Part shown: piece by piece, positions 9,648 to 17,981 of the stretch
Layout: the number at the start of each line of letters is the position of its first letter
Position numbering within the stretch: position 1 is the stretch's first letter
Source of the DNA: a virus
Taxonomy: Duplodnaviria > Heunggongvirae > Uroviricota > Caudoviricetes
Reading direction: 5' to 3' (one strand)
Virus record (IMG/VR): IMGVR_UViG_2687453297_000002
Coordinates: 1-24,666 of that record
DNA length: 24,666 bases
Translations under genes and position numbers: made by a program
The notes under the pieces: model-generated
Databases searched by the model: none
Seen by the model: the letters and a program-made list of their open reading frames with translations, nothing else
Told to the model about the DNA's origin: nothing

Positions 9648-9810
9648 GATTCCTCCTTGCTGCCAGTCGCAACCATTTTTTATCAACCAGGCTGGCGGTA
9701 TACCCGAGCAGTGTTGGTATTTCGGATGGCTTCAGCTCAGGTTTACGCTTACGACGATTTGGTACTTTGTAGATGTGTCCGTTCATGACACGAATAAGCG
9801 GTGTAGCCAT
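9640..9810 (-). CDS. ninE: NinE-like small protein (not in the supplied ORF track; under 60 aa)
   Basis: Manual translation of the minus strand gives [56 protein letters not shown] (56 aa). AGGAGG upstream; the start overlaps the ybcN stop (TAATG) and the stop overlaps the ybcO start. Confidence 0.75.
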   Translation of the reverse strand: MATPLIRVMNGHIYKVPNRRKRKPELKPSEIPTLLGYTASLVDKKWLRLAARRNHG

Positions 9811-10265
9811 TACGCCTCCTGCTTGTCGCGCAGCAGCTGGAACTCGCAGCTCTGCGGAATAGTCAGGTGGCAGCCAATATTCATCGCCCAGGCTTCAACC
9901 TTACACAGGAAGACATACATCTCTCCGGTATCAAGATCGGAGGTATGGCGTAACGACTGGATAGTAGTGATTTCGCCGGTTACGACATCAACCAGGTCCT
10001 TGGTTTCATAACCGAGGTATGTGTGTTTGAGAGCATCTTTTACCCATGCTGCGGTAGCGAACGATTTCCCCCTGCTGATGAGGTATTCACTGATTTCGCT
10101 GTACCACATATGGCTGAGTGCATTCTGGGAAAGACTGCGTTTCTCACGCCACGGTTTAAGCACCATGCGAAAGCATTTTCCGTCCTCCAGATAAGGCTGG
10201 ATCTGCTGGCCGATAGCGATGAAGTTACCGCGATGCAGTTTGATGCCATCTTGTGGTAGGTTCAC
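9810..10265 (-). CDS. ybcN: NinB/YbcN-family DNA-binding recombination-associated protein
   Basis: 151 aa [15 protein letters not shown]…, matches DLP12 YbcN as recalled. Confidence 0.8.
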   Translation of the reverse strand: MNLPQDGIKLHRGNFIAIGQQIQPYLEDGKCFRMVLKPWREKRSLSQNALSHMWYSEISEYLISRGKSFATAAWVKDALKHTYLGYETKDLVDVVTGEITTIQSLRHTSDLDTGEMYVFLCKVEAWAMNIGCHLTIPQSCEFQLLRDKQEA

Positions 10266-10712
10266 GCTTCACCTCCACAGAGGTCAGACGCTGGATGCAA
10301 AAAAACGCAGGTGCATTTCTGCATCTGTGAAGGGAGAAGAGAGTTTGGATTGTGTGTGCGCATAAACGTCCCCGTTTAGCGCAGAAGTCACCGGAGTTGT
10401 TCAGGCTCCGGTGATACAATTATGGCGAATTGATTATTCATAATCAAACAAGATAAGGTCTCAAACTTCATGCAAGCCAAGATTTATTTCTGACAGAATT
10501 ATACAAAGAAGCTATTGGTCAGAATCTACTCGGACTGTAAAACATACGCATAACCTTAAGCTCTCACTTTAAGCATTGTTGAAATAATAGCCGTCAAGTA
10601 CAACCTTAACCACGACTGGGATATTTCCCTGGCTACCACGAGTTGTACGGCTATTAAACTGCCGTTAAATTCAGTAAGAGAATTTCATCCGATAAGTCAA
10701 GGCATGTAAAAC

Positions 10713-11756
10713 ATGAAAATTAACAAGATATTATCATCTGCAACACTATTGTATGGTATGTCAATGGCCATGTCGGTCGGGAGTTGTGCAACACCTGTCC
10801 AGACTAATCTTCCTGGTTACACCCCGGGTGCAGATATCATTAGTGTTTCACCGACCAGAAACCAGGTCGATCTCATTGGTGATGTTGTTTATTCCCAGAT
10901 AAAAGGAACTCGTTCTGTCAGACAGCTTCACATGTCAGTTCTTGTCCCGCGAACAAATGATTTAAAACCAGCCATTATTTATTATCCCGGCGGCGGATTC
11001 ATGTCTTCTGAACATGACAAATTTATTGAAATGAGAATGGCTCTGGCAGAAGCTGGTTTTGTTGTGGCCGCTGTAGAATACAGAACAATTCCTGATACAT
11101 TTCCAGCACCAGTTGAGGATGGAAAAGCTGCAATACGTTACCTGAGAGAGCATGCCAGCAATTATGGGATTGATCCTCAAAGAATCGGAGTTCTGGGTGA
11201 CTCTGCCGGTGGATGGCTTGCCCAGATGATGGGAACTACAAATGGTGACAAAACCTTTGATAAAGGTGACTTTCTTCAGCAATCCTCAGATGTTCAGGCA
11301 GTTGCCACACTTTATGGGATTTCTGACTTGTTGAATATTGGCGAGGGGTTCCCTGAATCAGTGCAGGAGGTTCATCGCTCTCCTGCCGTAACCGAAGCCT
11401 TAATGATCAATGGCCCTGCATTCAGAAATTTTGCGGGAGCCCCCATCACAGCGTCAAAAGAAAAAGCGCTAAACGCCAGTCCAATCGGACATATGAAAGG
11501 AGTAAAACCCCCATTTCTTATTATGCATGGTAGCAAAGACACTCTGGTTTCACCTGAGCAAAGCGCCAAACTATTCAGGATGTTGAAGAAGAACGGTGAT
11601 AACGCTGAGTACGTGCTGGTAGAAGGGGCCGAGCATGGCGATAATACATGGTATCAGCCAATTATTATAAACAGAGTTGTTGAGTGGTTTACTAAAAACC
11701 TGGGAACCCCCATAAAAACCGCTACCCAACAACAAAAAACAAACGCTGACCTGTAA
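10713..11756 (+). CDS. Secreted or lipoprotein alpha/beta-hydrolase (esterase/lipase, GDSAGG nucleophile motif); cargo gene
   Basis: 347 aa with an N-terminal signal peptide and possible lipobox (…MAMSVGSCATP), GDSAGG serine motif, and downstream Asp and His (…HGSKD…, …AEHGD…). Opposite strand to the flanking phage genes; AT-rich upstream region. Confidence 0.7.
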   Translation: MKINKILSSATLLYGMSMAMSVGSCATPVQTNLPGYTPGADIISVSPTRNQVDLIGDVVYSQIKGTRSVRQLHMSVLVPRTNDLKPAIIYYPGGGFMSSEHDKFIEMRMALAEAGFVVAAVEYRTIPDTFPAPVEDGKAAIRYLREHASNYGIDPQRIGVLGDSAGGWLAQMMGTTNGDKTFDKGDFLQQSSDVQAVATLYGISDLLNIGEGFPESVQEVHRSPAVTEALMINGPAFRNFAGAPITASKEKALNASPIGHMKGVKPPFLIMHGSKDTLVSPEQSAKLFRMLKKNGDNAEYVLVEGAEHGDNTWYQPIIINRVVEWFTKNLGTPIKTATQQQKTNADL

Positions 11757-11761
11757 AAAGC

Positions 11762-11781
11762 AGCCCGCACTTATGCGGGCT
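11762..11781. terminator. Hairpin after the esterase gene; terminator candidate, possibly bidirectional
   Basis: Stem AGCCCGCA / TGCGGGCT with loop CTTA. Preceded by AAAAAG (T-run on the minus strand) and followed by AACCTATTT. Confidence 0.45.
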
Positions 11782-12105
11782 AACCTATTTCACTCGATTC
11801 AAAAGAAATTATTTTTAATGGGGGCGTGACCAGCCTCTCGGTGCTCAGATACTTAATGAAGTGGAGTGGCATTCTGGCAAGAGGTTAACATCACCTGTTC
11901 GCCATAACCAAGCACGTGCACAAAGTTTGTTATCAGTGAATTGTTTTGTGATTGGGTATTGTTGAGCTACTAGAGCAAGAATGCCAACATCCAGTGACAG
12001 TGCCTATAGTAAAACTATAGCTCAGGGCGCTTCGTTCAAGATAGTTAATATCATATTAGTTACTTTACTTTCATACCATAGCACGGTTGAAAAAGTGATT
12101 ATTAC

Positions 12106-13632
12106 TCAAAAATAAACCTCACCATCAACCATATATTTAAGAGTACTTATCGCCTGCTGGGCGGATATTACTTTCATTAAAGGATAGTGTTTAAAAACAA
12201 TGCCATTCATAAAATAGATATCACAGGTTTTATTATCTGTATTAATTATAATTTTTTCGAATATTTTATAGGCAAGTGTACGACATAGCTCTCGCCCATT
12301 TTTACTGGTTAAATCAATAGCATGAAAATCACCAAGTGAACTCACCCCTTTACTCTTCAAAGTTTTTAATGATACCGAAGCCCTTCGTAATTCCTTATCT
12401 AATAGTCTTATTTTCTCTGCTATAGCGGTAACTTCAGGCGCGACAGACAATGCAACGATTAAATTATTAATTTTCATCTGAAGCTCAATAATTTTTAACT
12501 CTAAAGTTTCATTAGCATCTTTCTTGTTTTCAACTGGTTGAATTTTGCTACAATTAAAAAGCAATTCATTAATGATATTATAATCAACCAAATCTCTTTT
12601 TATTGATGGCCTGTCACATCGATGTAATCTTCTCATCGGACAAACATAATAGCCATGCAAACGTCCAGATACCGCATGAACAATCATGGTATTACCACAA
12701 GCCTCACACTTCATAACTGTTCGAAGTAGATTTATTAGCATAGGATTCTTGCTACTATTGCTAATACCAAAAGGTGCCAACCGAATTTCCTGTACAGCGT
12801 AAAACAAATCATCTGATATGACTCTGGGATAATAGCCAGCGATTTCACTTATCCCTTTCCCTCTTGCACGATATGAAGGTACGCATATACCTATCAGAGC
12901 TTTATTCGCTAATAATTTTTCAATTACAGAAGGCCCCCATGCACTTTCTTTTCCTGAAAAATTTTTTACAGCATGATCATTTAAATACTTAGCTATTGCA
13001 TTCAATGATCGCCTTTCCATCCTGAGTTTAAAAATTAGCTCAATCGTTTTCACCCTGTCGGGGTCTGGAATAAAAGCTGTTCTTTTGTCATCCAATGAGA
13101 GCCATCTCGGACAAGACGCCGTCATAATCGTGCCTGATTCCAGTGCATCCTGCCGTTTTTTCTTCCATGATAATTTAACCCGACTTGACTTTATCTCGCT
13201 TTCTTCATTTGCCCTTTGTGCTATAAGTATGGCTTTTATTAATGAATATGGCTCATTCAATGAGTCTATATTATAGACTGTATTATCGCAAAGAGTTATA
13301 ACATCAATACCGTGATTCAAAATCAATTTCAGACGCTCAATCGCTTCACCGACTTTTTCTCTTGAAAGTCTGTCCAGACTTTCAACTAACAATGTAGTCC
13401 CTGGCAATATGTAACCATGTTCTATAGCATCTAAAAATTCCGAAAAAGCTCCTGATTGTGCATGCTTTCCATTGAATGCGCTTAACCCCAAATCTTCATA
13501 CGTTACGGTATCAAGGTAATAATCACTATTTACCTTTAGCCATTCAGTAATAAGCCTTCTCTGGCGGTTTAATGAATCACCAGACATCTGACCTGGTGAT
13601 GAAAATCGCATATATGCTATGGCTTTTTTCAT
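12106..13632 (-). CDS. ybcK: Large serine recombinase (resolvase/invertase catalytic domain plus recombinase and zinc-ribbon domains), YbcK-like
   Basis: 508 aa. N-terminus AIAYMRFSSPGQ… with …LDRLSR… motifs of the serine-recombinase catalytic domain, and a C-terminal Cys cluster (CEACGNTM…YYVCPMRRLHRCD). Same length and position as DLP12 YbcK as recalled. Confidence 0.8.
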   Translation of the reverse strand: MKKAIAYMRFSSPGQMSGDSLNRQRRLITEWLKVNSDYYLDTVTYEDLGLSAFNGKHAQSGAFSEFLDAIEHGYILPGTTLLVESLDRLSREKVGEAIERLKLILNHGIDVITLCDNTVYNIDSLNEPYSLIKAILIAQRANEESEIKSSRVKLSWKKKRQDALESGTIMTASCPRWLSLDDKRTAFIPDPDRVKTIELIFKLRMERRSLNAIAKYLNDHAVKNFSGKESAWGPSVIEKLLANKALIGICVPSYRARGKGISEIAGYYPRVISDDLFYAVQEIRLAPFGISNSSKNPMLINLLRTVMKCEACGNTMIVHAVSGRLHGYYVCPMRRLHRCDRPSIKRDLVDYNIINELLFNCSKIQPVENKKDANETLELKIIELQMKINNLIVALSVAPEVTAIAEKIRLLDKELRRASVSLKTLKSKGVSSLGDFHAIDLTSKNGRELCRTLAYKIFEKIIINTDNKTCDIYFMNGIVFKHYPLMKVISAQQAISTLKYMVDGEVYF

Positions 13633-13887
13633 GGTGACACCTGCTAAAGTATGCTTTTATAAACCTTAGTGGTGAGATATGATTTTTGTTTAATTTTTAT
13701 TTAAAAAGACAATTAAGGTCACATTATCTTGAATATACAACAATAATCGTATTGCAATTTTCTTACACCATGGTCTTGAAAGATCAAAAGAATGAATAAA
13801 AACTAAAGACATTAACAAAAAGCATAAAACGAGGCCCATACAAATATACGAACCTCCATATTTTAGTCGTTTAAAAATAAATTATTT

Positions 13888-14220
13888 TTAATGTGGTGTG
13901 CTTCGTGACAATAAATTAATAACCAACACACCGGCACAAATCAACATCATGCCTATAATGGCTGGCAGGTCCAACCGTTGGCCGAAAAATCCCCATGATA
14001 GTAAGCTAATCAGGACAATACCGACTCCTGACCAGATAGCATAAGCAATCCCTGTAGGTATATAAGCCAGCGTCTGAGCTAATAACCAGAATGATGCACA
14101 ATAACAAATAATTGTACCAACAGATGGCCATAACCGTGTAAAACCTTCTGAAAACTTCATTAAGGTTGTACCAATGACCTCTGCAAGTATTGCACCACCA
14201 AGATAAATATAAGGGTTCAT
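13888..14220 (-). CDS. emrE: Small multidrug resistance (SMR) efflux transporter EmrE
   Basis: 110 aa from the ATG at 14220 (MNPYIYLGGAILAEVIGTTLMKFSEGF…), matching EmrE; the listed ORF has an 18-codon upstream extension. Confidence 0.9.
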   Translation of the reverse strand: MNPYIYLGGAILAEVIGTTLMKFSEGFTRLWPSVGTIICYCASFWLLAQTLAYIPTGIAYAIWSGVGIVLISLLSWGFFGQRLDLPAIIGMMLICAGVLVINLLSRSTPH

Positions 14221-14287
14221 AGCATATTCTTTCCTGTTCAAACTGGAGAGAATTGTACTACAGTTTGAACTCAACTCACCTGTTTCA

Positions 14288-14590
14288 TCATTGTGTACCC
14301 ATTGATGTTCTTTTATATACCCTCAATACCCGTTTCATCGCGGCACTCTGGCGACACTCCTTAAAAATCAAATTCGCGCTCACCTTTCCTTCCCGTTCTT
14401 CTCTGGTAGCGAACCGATAATACACCGTTCGCCAGACCTTACCATCAACGACCAGGATTCCTGCCCGCGCCATTTTAGCCACAGCCTGATTTATGCTGGT
14501 TACGGTTGCGCCTGTTACCGCGGCAACGTCCTGTGCACAGAAGCTCTTATGCGTCCCCAGGTAATGAATAATTGCCTCTTTGCCCGTCAT
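14288..14590 (-). CDS. ren: Ren-like protein (lambda Ren homologue)
   Basis: 100 aa MTGKEAIIHYLGTHKSFCAQDVAAVTGATVTSINQAVAKMARAGILV…, near-identical to lambda Ren as recalled. ATGA overlap with the P stop. Confidence 0.85.
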   Translation of the reverse strand: MTGKEAIIHYLGTHKSFCAQDVAAVTGATVTSINQAVAKMARAGILVVDGKVWRTVYYRFATREEREGKVSANLIFKECRQSAAMKRVLRVYKRTSMGTQ

Positions 14591-15288
14591 ACACTTGCTC
14601 CTTTCAGTCCGAACTTAGCTTTGATTTCTGCGATCTTCGCCAGAGCCTGTGCACGATTTAGAGGTCTACCGCCCATGACAGGAAGTTGTTTTACTGGTTC
14701 AGGGATCGCCTCACCACGGTTAATTCTCGCAGTCATATGGACAAGCTCATCTGCGGCCTTACGGCGTAATTCCGCATCAGTAAGCGCATTGGCCCGCATG
14801 TTCTGATACAGGTTGGTAACCAGCCAGTAGTGCGCGTTTGATTTCCACGGATAAGACTCCGCATCCGGATACAGGCCTCGCTTCCGGCAATACTCGTAAA
14901 CCATATCAACCAGCTCGCTGACGTTTGGCAGTCCGGCGATAACGGATGCTTCTTCCCGGCACCATGCAACAAACTGCCCGGGTGATGGCAGAAATGGTCG
15001 ATTCTGCCGACGGGCTACGCGCATTCCTGCGTTAACCTGTTCCATTGTGGTGATCCCGTTTTCCCGGAAAGCCAGAACCCACTGGCGGCGGATTTCGTTC
15101 AGTTCGTTCTGGTCACGGTTAGCCAGACTCGCCGGGAAAGTTGCCAGTAACTGGCTGAACACACCGTTGATGATCTGCGCTACCTGCTGTACCTGCGGCT
15201 TTTCGTCGTACTGTTCCGGCATGTTGTTGGCGATCCGGCGCATCTGCTCACGGTCAAAGTTAACCATCTGTGCGGCGATGTTTTTCAT
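14587..15288 (-). CDS. P: Replication protein P (DnaB helicase loader), lambda P-like
   Basis: 233 aa MKNIAAQMVNFDREQMRRIANNMPEQYDEKPQVQQ…, essentially lambda P as recalled. ATGA overlap with the O stop. Confidence 0.9.
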   Translation of the reverse strand: MKNIAAQMVNFDREQMRRIANNMPEQYDEKPQVQQVAQIINGVFSQLLATFPASLANRDQNELNEIRRQWVLAFRENGITTMEQVNAGMRVARRQNRPFLPSPGQFVAWCREEASVIAGLPNVSELVDMVYEYCRKRGLYPDAESYPWKSNAHYWLVTNLYQNMRANALTDAELRRKAADELVHMTARINRGEAIPEPVKQLPVMGGRPLNRAQALAKIAEIKAKFGLKGASV

Positions 15289-16214
15289 AAATCCACCCCG
15301 TAAATCCAGTCAGTGTTTGTCAGGTCGAGTTTTGATTTTCCGGCTGTCACGCCAGCCTGTTGCTTGTTACGGTTGATTTCGAGTTGAGTCCACTTGTCGC
15401 GGAGTTTGGCCGGACTCAGCACGTTACCGGACCAGAAGTTGTCCTGGCATGCCCAGCGGAACAGCACGCACATGTCGCGGTGGTTACGTCCGTCACGTTC
15501 ACGCATCAGGCGGATATCGTTAGCCCACCCTGCAAAATTTGGTTTTCTGGCTGATGGCGCGATGGTCTTCACCATGTCAAACATCCACTCTGCGGCGGTC
15601 AGGTCTTCTGCTGTCCCCCACTTGCTGCCGCTCTGAATTGCAGCATCCGGTTTCACCACAGGAAGATCGTTTTCTGGCTGGTCAGAGGATTCGTCAGAAT
15701 TCTCGGACGAAAAAGGTTTTATATTGTCTTTTGTTAGTTTGTCTTTTGTGTTTACCTGATTCGGGTAAACGCCTTTACCTGATTTGGGTAAACTTTTCTT
15801 ACCTGATTCAGGTAAATTTACCTCTTTCAGGTAAACTTTATTTTTCTTACCTGATTCGGGTAATGTTGACCATTCACTGACCACATTATTAATGCCGATA
15901 TTCCGCCCGCTCTGAATAAAAATCCCACGCTTTACCAGAACACTTTTTGCAGCAGAACACTTGTGCGGCAATATCCCGGTCAACTCGGAAAGTTGCTCGT
16001 TGCTCACCCAATCCAGTTTTTTATTAAAGCCATATGTTTTGCGCATGACAGCCAGGAAGACCAGAAGCTGGTGCTGTGTTAATCCGGCCAGCATCACAGC
16101 TTCCAGCAACTCATTTGCAATGCGCGTATAACCATCATCGAGATCTGCCACGCGCGGCTCCTTTTGTGCCACATCCGGCACTGGAAAATTGAATATCTCA
16201 GCAGTGTTTGCCAT
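15285..16214 (-). CDS. O: Replication initiator O-like protein; gene contains the origin iterons
   Basis: From the ATG at 16214 (GGGAGG upstream): MANTAEIFNFPVPDVAQKEPRVADLDDGYTRIANELLEA…, resembling the lambda O N-terminus. The listed ORF extends to an alternative ATG at 16304 that overlaps the upstream gene stop; the true start is uncertain. Confidence 0.8.
   Translation of the reverse strand: MANTAEIFNFPVPDVAQKEPRVADLDDGYTRIANELLEAVMLAGLTQHQLLVFLAVMRKTYGFNKKLDWVSNEQLSELTGILPHKCSAAKSVLVKRGIFIQSGRNIGINNVVSEWSTLPESGKKNKVYLKEVNLPESGKKSLPKSGKGVYPNQVNTKDKLTKDNIKPFSSENSDESSDQPENDLPVVKPDAAIQSGSKWGTAEDLTAAEWMFDMVKTIAPSARKPNFAGWANDIRLMRERDGRNHRDMCVLFRWACQDNFWSGNVLSPAKLRDKWTQLEINRNKQQAGVTAGKSKLDLTNTDWIYGVDL
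15752..15863. repeat. Five iterons (TTACCTGATTCGGGTAA-like, each an internal inverted repeat) inside the O gene, with an adjacent AT-rich tract: candidate replication origin
   Basis: Copies at 15752, 15775, 15799, 15818 and 15847 (17 bp each, 0-3 mismatches), spaced 19-29 bp. AT-rich region at about 15711..15750 on the downstream side relative to O transcription, mirroring lambda ori organisation. Confidence 0.75.
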
Positions 16215-16300
16215 AATTCCTCCCGCAATGAGTGTGTTACGATTTGCACCTGAAAGTCGGTTCTGTTCGCGCAGACCGGCTTTCGCCATTTCCGAACCTG

Positions 16301-16846
16301 TCATATTGCCCCCAGCATGGTGGTGACCATCGCCATCAGTGGACCAGCCAGATCCGGGTCCACACGAAACATCGACACAATGCCTTCACTCATCTCCTTC
16401 AGTTTCTGGTGGCGTGGTGCGTTGAGAATGACAGCCTGTTTTGCCTCACTGAGTTCCTTTTCCATTTCAGCCAGCCGAGCCATGAAGCTATCCTGCTCAA
16501 CCAGGTGGCCGCGATATTCCAGCGGTAGTACCGCCAGAATTGCCGGGGTCAGTTCACGCACGTTATTTCGGTATTTTTCAGAATCGAATTTGTTATCGAG
16601 GAAGCGGAACAGCTTCTGGCGTGCACGGCTGACATCATCAGGAAAATCGATGGTGCCGCCGCCCTGCTCCCGATACTCATTCACAATGAGTGCGGCAACA
16701 ACATCCTGATTATCTGCAGCCGACCAGGCGCGAACGGCATCACGGATTTTTTCGTGGCCTGGCGCCTGTTTTGTTTGAGAACGATTTATCACCGCAGTCG
16801 GGCTAAATCCGCTAGTCTGTTGGTATGTAAGTGGTTGCATAGTCAT
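16301..16846 (-). CDS. Hypothetical early-operon protein in the cII position (possibly YdaT-family regulator)
   Basis: 181-aa ORF directly downstream of the Cro-like gene and upstream of O. Not lambda CII by sequence; the family guess comes from position and vague resemblance only. Confidence 0.4.
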   Translation of the reverse strand: MTMQPLTYQQTSGFSPTAVINRSQTKQAPGHEKIRDAVRAWSAADNQDVVAALIVNEYREQGGGTIDFPDDVSRARQKLFRFLDNKFDSEKYRNNVRELTPAILAVLPLEYRGHLVEQDSFMARLAEMEKELSEAKQAVILNAPRHQKLKEMSEGIVSMFRVDPDLAGPLMAMVTTMLGAI

Positions 16847-16870
16847 TGCCTTATCAGTTAACGCCGCAGA

Positions 16871-17098
16871 TTAGGCGGCAGAATTACTCGCGTTAAACAA
16901 TGGTGCGAGGTCGGGACGAATATCTGCTGGTTTAATCTTTCCACCAGTGGCTGAGACAATTTTCATTACATAGCGGGCATCAATTCCGCCACCGTGTAGC
17001 CAACGCCAAACAGTGGGCTGGGCTACACCGCATAGATCTGCCAGTCGTTTTTGACTACCTGTAATACTGATTGCGAGTTGAATGGTTTGATTTGTCAT
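16871..17098 (-). CDS. Cro-like small HTH regulator (YdaS/Cro type)
   Basis: 75 aa, divergent from the repressor gene. Its HTH (…LADLCGVAQPTVWRWL…) shares the motif GVAQPT-x-WR with the repressor HTH (…LAKASGVAQPTIWRLT…). Confidence 0.65.
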   Translation of the reverse strand: MTNQTIQLAISITGSQKRLADLCGVAQPTVWRWLHGGGIDARYVMKIVSATGGKIKPADIRPDLAPLFNASNSAA

Positions 17099-17208
17099 TA
17101 TTAATTCCTATTGGTATTACAATGAATAAATAATAGCAATGCGTATTAATCATAACAATAGCAAAACGTGTTTTGACCATCAATACGCAAGCGTATAAAT
17201 TAAAACTT
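17099..17208. promoter_or_regulatory. Divergent promoter/operator region between the Cro-like and CI-like genes (OR analogue)
   Basis: AT-rich 110-bp intergenic region containing AATAGCAATGCGTATTA (17132..17148), AACAATAGCAA (17154..17164) and the inverted repeat ATACGC-AA-GCGTAT (17183..17196). The first two motifs recur in the OL-like region. Confidence 0.6.
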
Positions 17209-17901
17209 ATGAAAAAAGAAACTCTTGCTGATCGCTTAAACCTAGCGATGGAACAATCTGGAATGTCTCAAGGCGCTCTTGCAAAGGCGTCTGGCGTAGC
17301 TCAACCCACAATCTGGAGACTGACAAGCGGCAACGCGCGCGGCTCAACAAAAATTGTTGAAATAGCTAATGCATTGGGTGTTCGAACAGAGTGGCTCTCA
17401 TCAGGCATAGGCCCGATGAGAAATGACGGTCAACAATTAGGGAAGCCTACTGCCAACCATCCCAAATACTTCAAGATTGACGTTCTTGATATAGAAGTGA
17501 GTGCCGGGCCGGGAGTCATCAACCGTGAGTTTGTAGAAGTTCTACGCTCGGTTGAGTACTCGTTTGACGATGCTCGTCACATGTTCGATGGTAGGAAGGC
17601 AGAAAATATCCGCATCATTAACGTACGCGGTGACAGCATGTCAGGAACGATTGAACCTGGTGATCTTCTATTCGTTGATATCACGGTTAAATCTTTCGAC
17701 GGTGATGGTATCTATGCGTTTCTGTACGACGACACAGCCCATGTAAAGCGCCTGCAAATGATGAAGGATAAGCTGCTGGTTATCTCTGATAACAAAAGCT
17801 ACTCACCGTGGGACCCGATCGAGAAAGATGAGATGAACCGGGTATTTATCTTCGGGAAAGTTATTGGGAGCATGCCGCAGACGTATAGGAAGCATGGATA
17901 G
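17209..17901 (+). CDS. CI-like prophage repressor (HTH_XRE N-domain plus LexA-like S24 autopeptidase C-domain)
   Basis: 230 aa from the ATG at 17209 (MKKETLADRLNLAMEQSGMSQGALAKASGVAQPTIWRL…). The C-terminal domain carries a Ser (…RGDSMSGTI…) and Lys (…VKRL…) arrangement typical of S24 self-cleaving repressors. The listed ORF begins at an upstream TTG. Confidence 0.85.
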   Translation: MKKETLADRLNLAMEQSGMSQGALAKASGVAQPTIWRLTSGNARGSTKIVEIANALGVRTEWLSSGIGPMRNDGQQLGKPTANHPKYFKIDVLDIEVSAGPGVINREFVEVLRSVEYSFDDARHMFDGRKAENIRIINVRGDSMSGTIEPGDLLFVDITVKSFDGDGIYAFLYDDTAHVKRLQMMKDKLLVISDNKSYSPWDPIEKDEMNRVFIFGKVIGSMPQTYRKHG

Positions 17902-17981
17902 TACCAATTAAAAATTATCAACCGGGCATTGTGCTCATTCAGTAAAACAACTTAATTATTCATTTTAGAATGGAGAACTTA

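Noticed and set aside
10390-10414. Hairpin TCACCGGAG…CTCCGGTGA upstream of the esterase gene, considered as a terminator
   Set aside because: No T-tract on either strand after the stem; it may be a regulatory or RNA structure, but a terminator call is not supported.
8842-10419. ORFs 8842..9339(+), 9110..9310(+), 9454..10011(+), 10023..10259(+), 10040..10249(-), 10225..10419(-)
   Set aside because: Antisense to or out of frame with rusA, ybcO, ninE and ybcN, which are recognised and tightly packed with overlapping stop/start codons.
15752-15863. Short repeat cluster considered as a possible CRISPR array
   Set aside because: Repeats are 17 bp, internally palindromic, irregularly spaced (19-29 bp), lie inside a coding sequence and have no adjacent cas genes; they fit a replication-origin iteron array.
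14549-16709. ORFs 14549..14806, 14733..14972, 15047..15376, 15360..15554, 15394..15636, 15539..15880, 16232..16528, 16317..16709
   Set aside because: Overlap the P, O and cII-slot genes on the wrong strand or frame. The 15539..15880 ORF is created by the iteron repeats read in another frame.
17173-17208. Upstream TTG-initiated extension of the repressor ORF (MTINTQAYKLKL…)
   Set aside because: The extension would run through the operator region; the ATG at 17209 gives a standard HTH repressor N-terminus.
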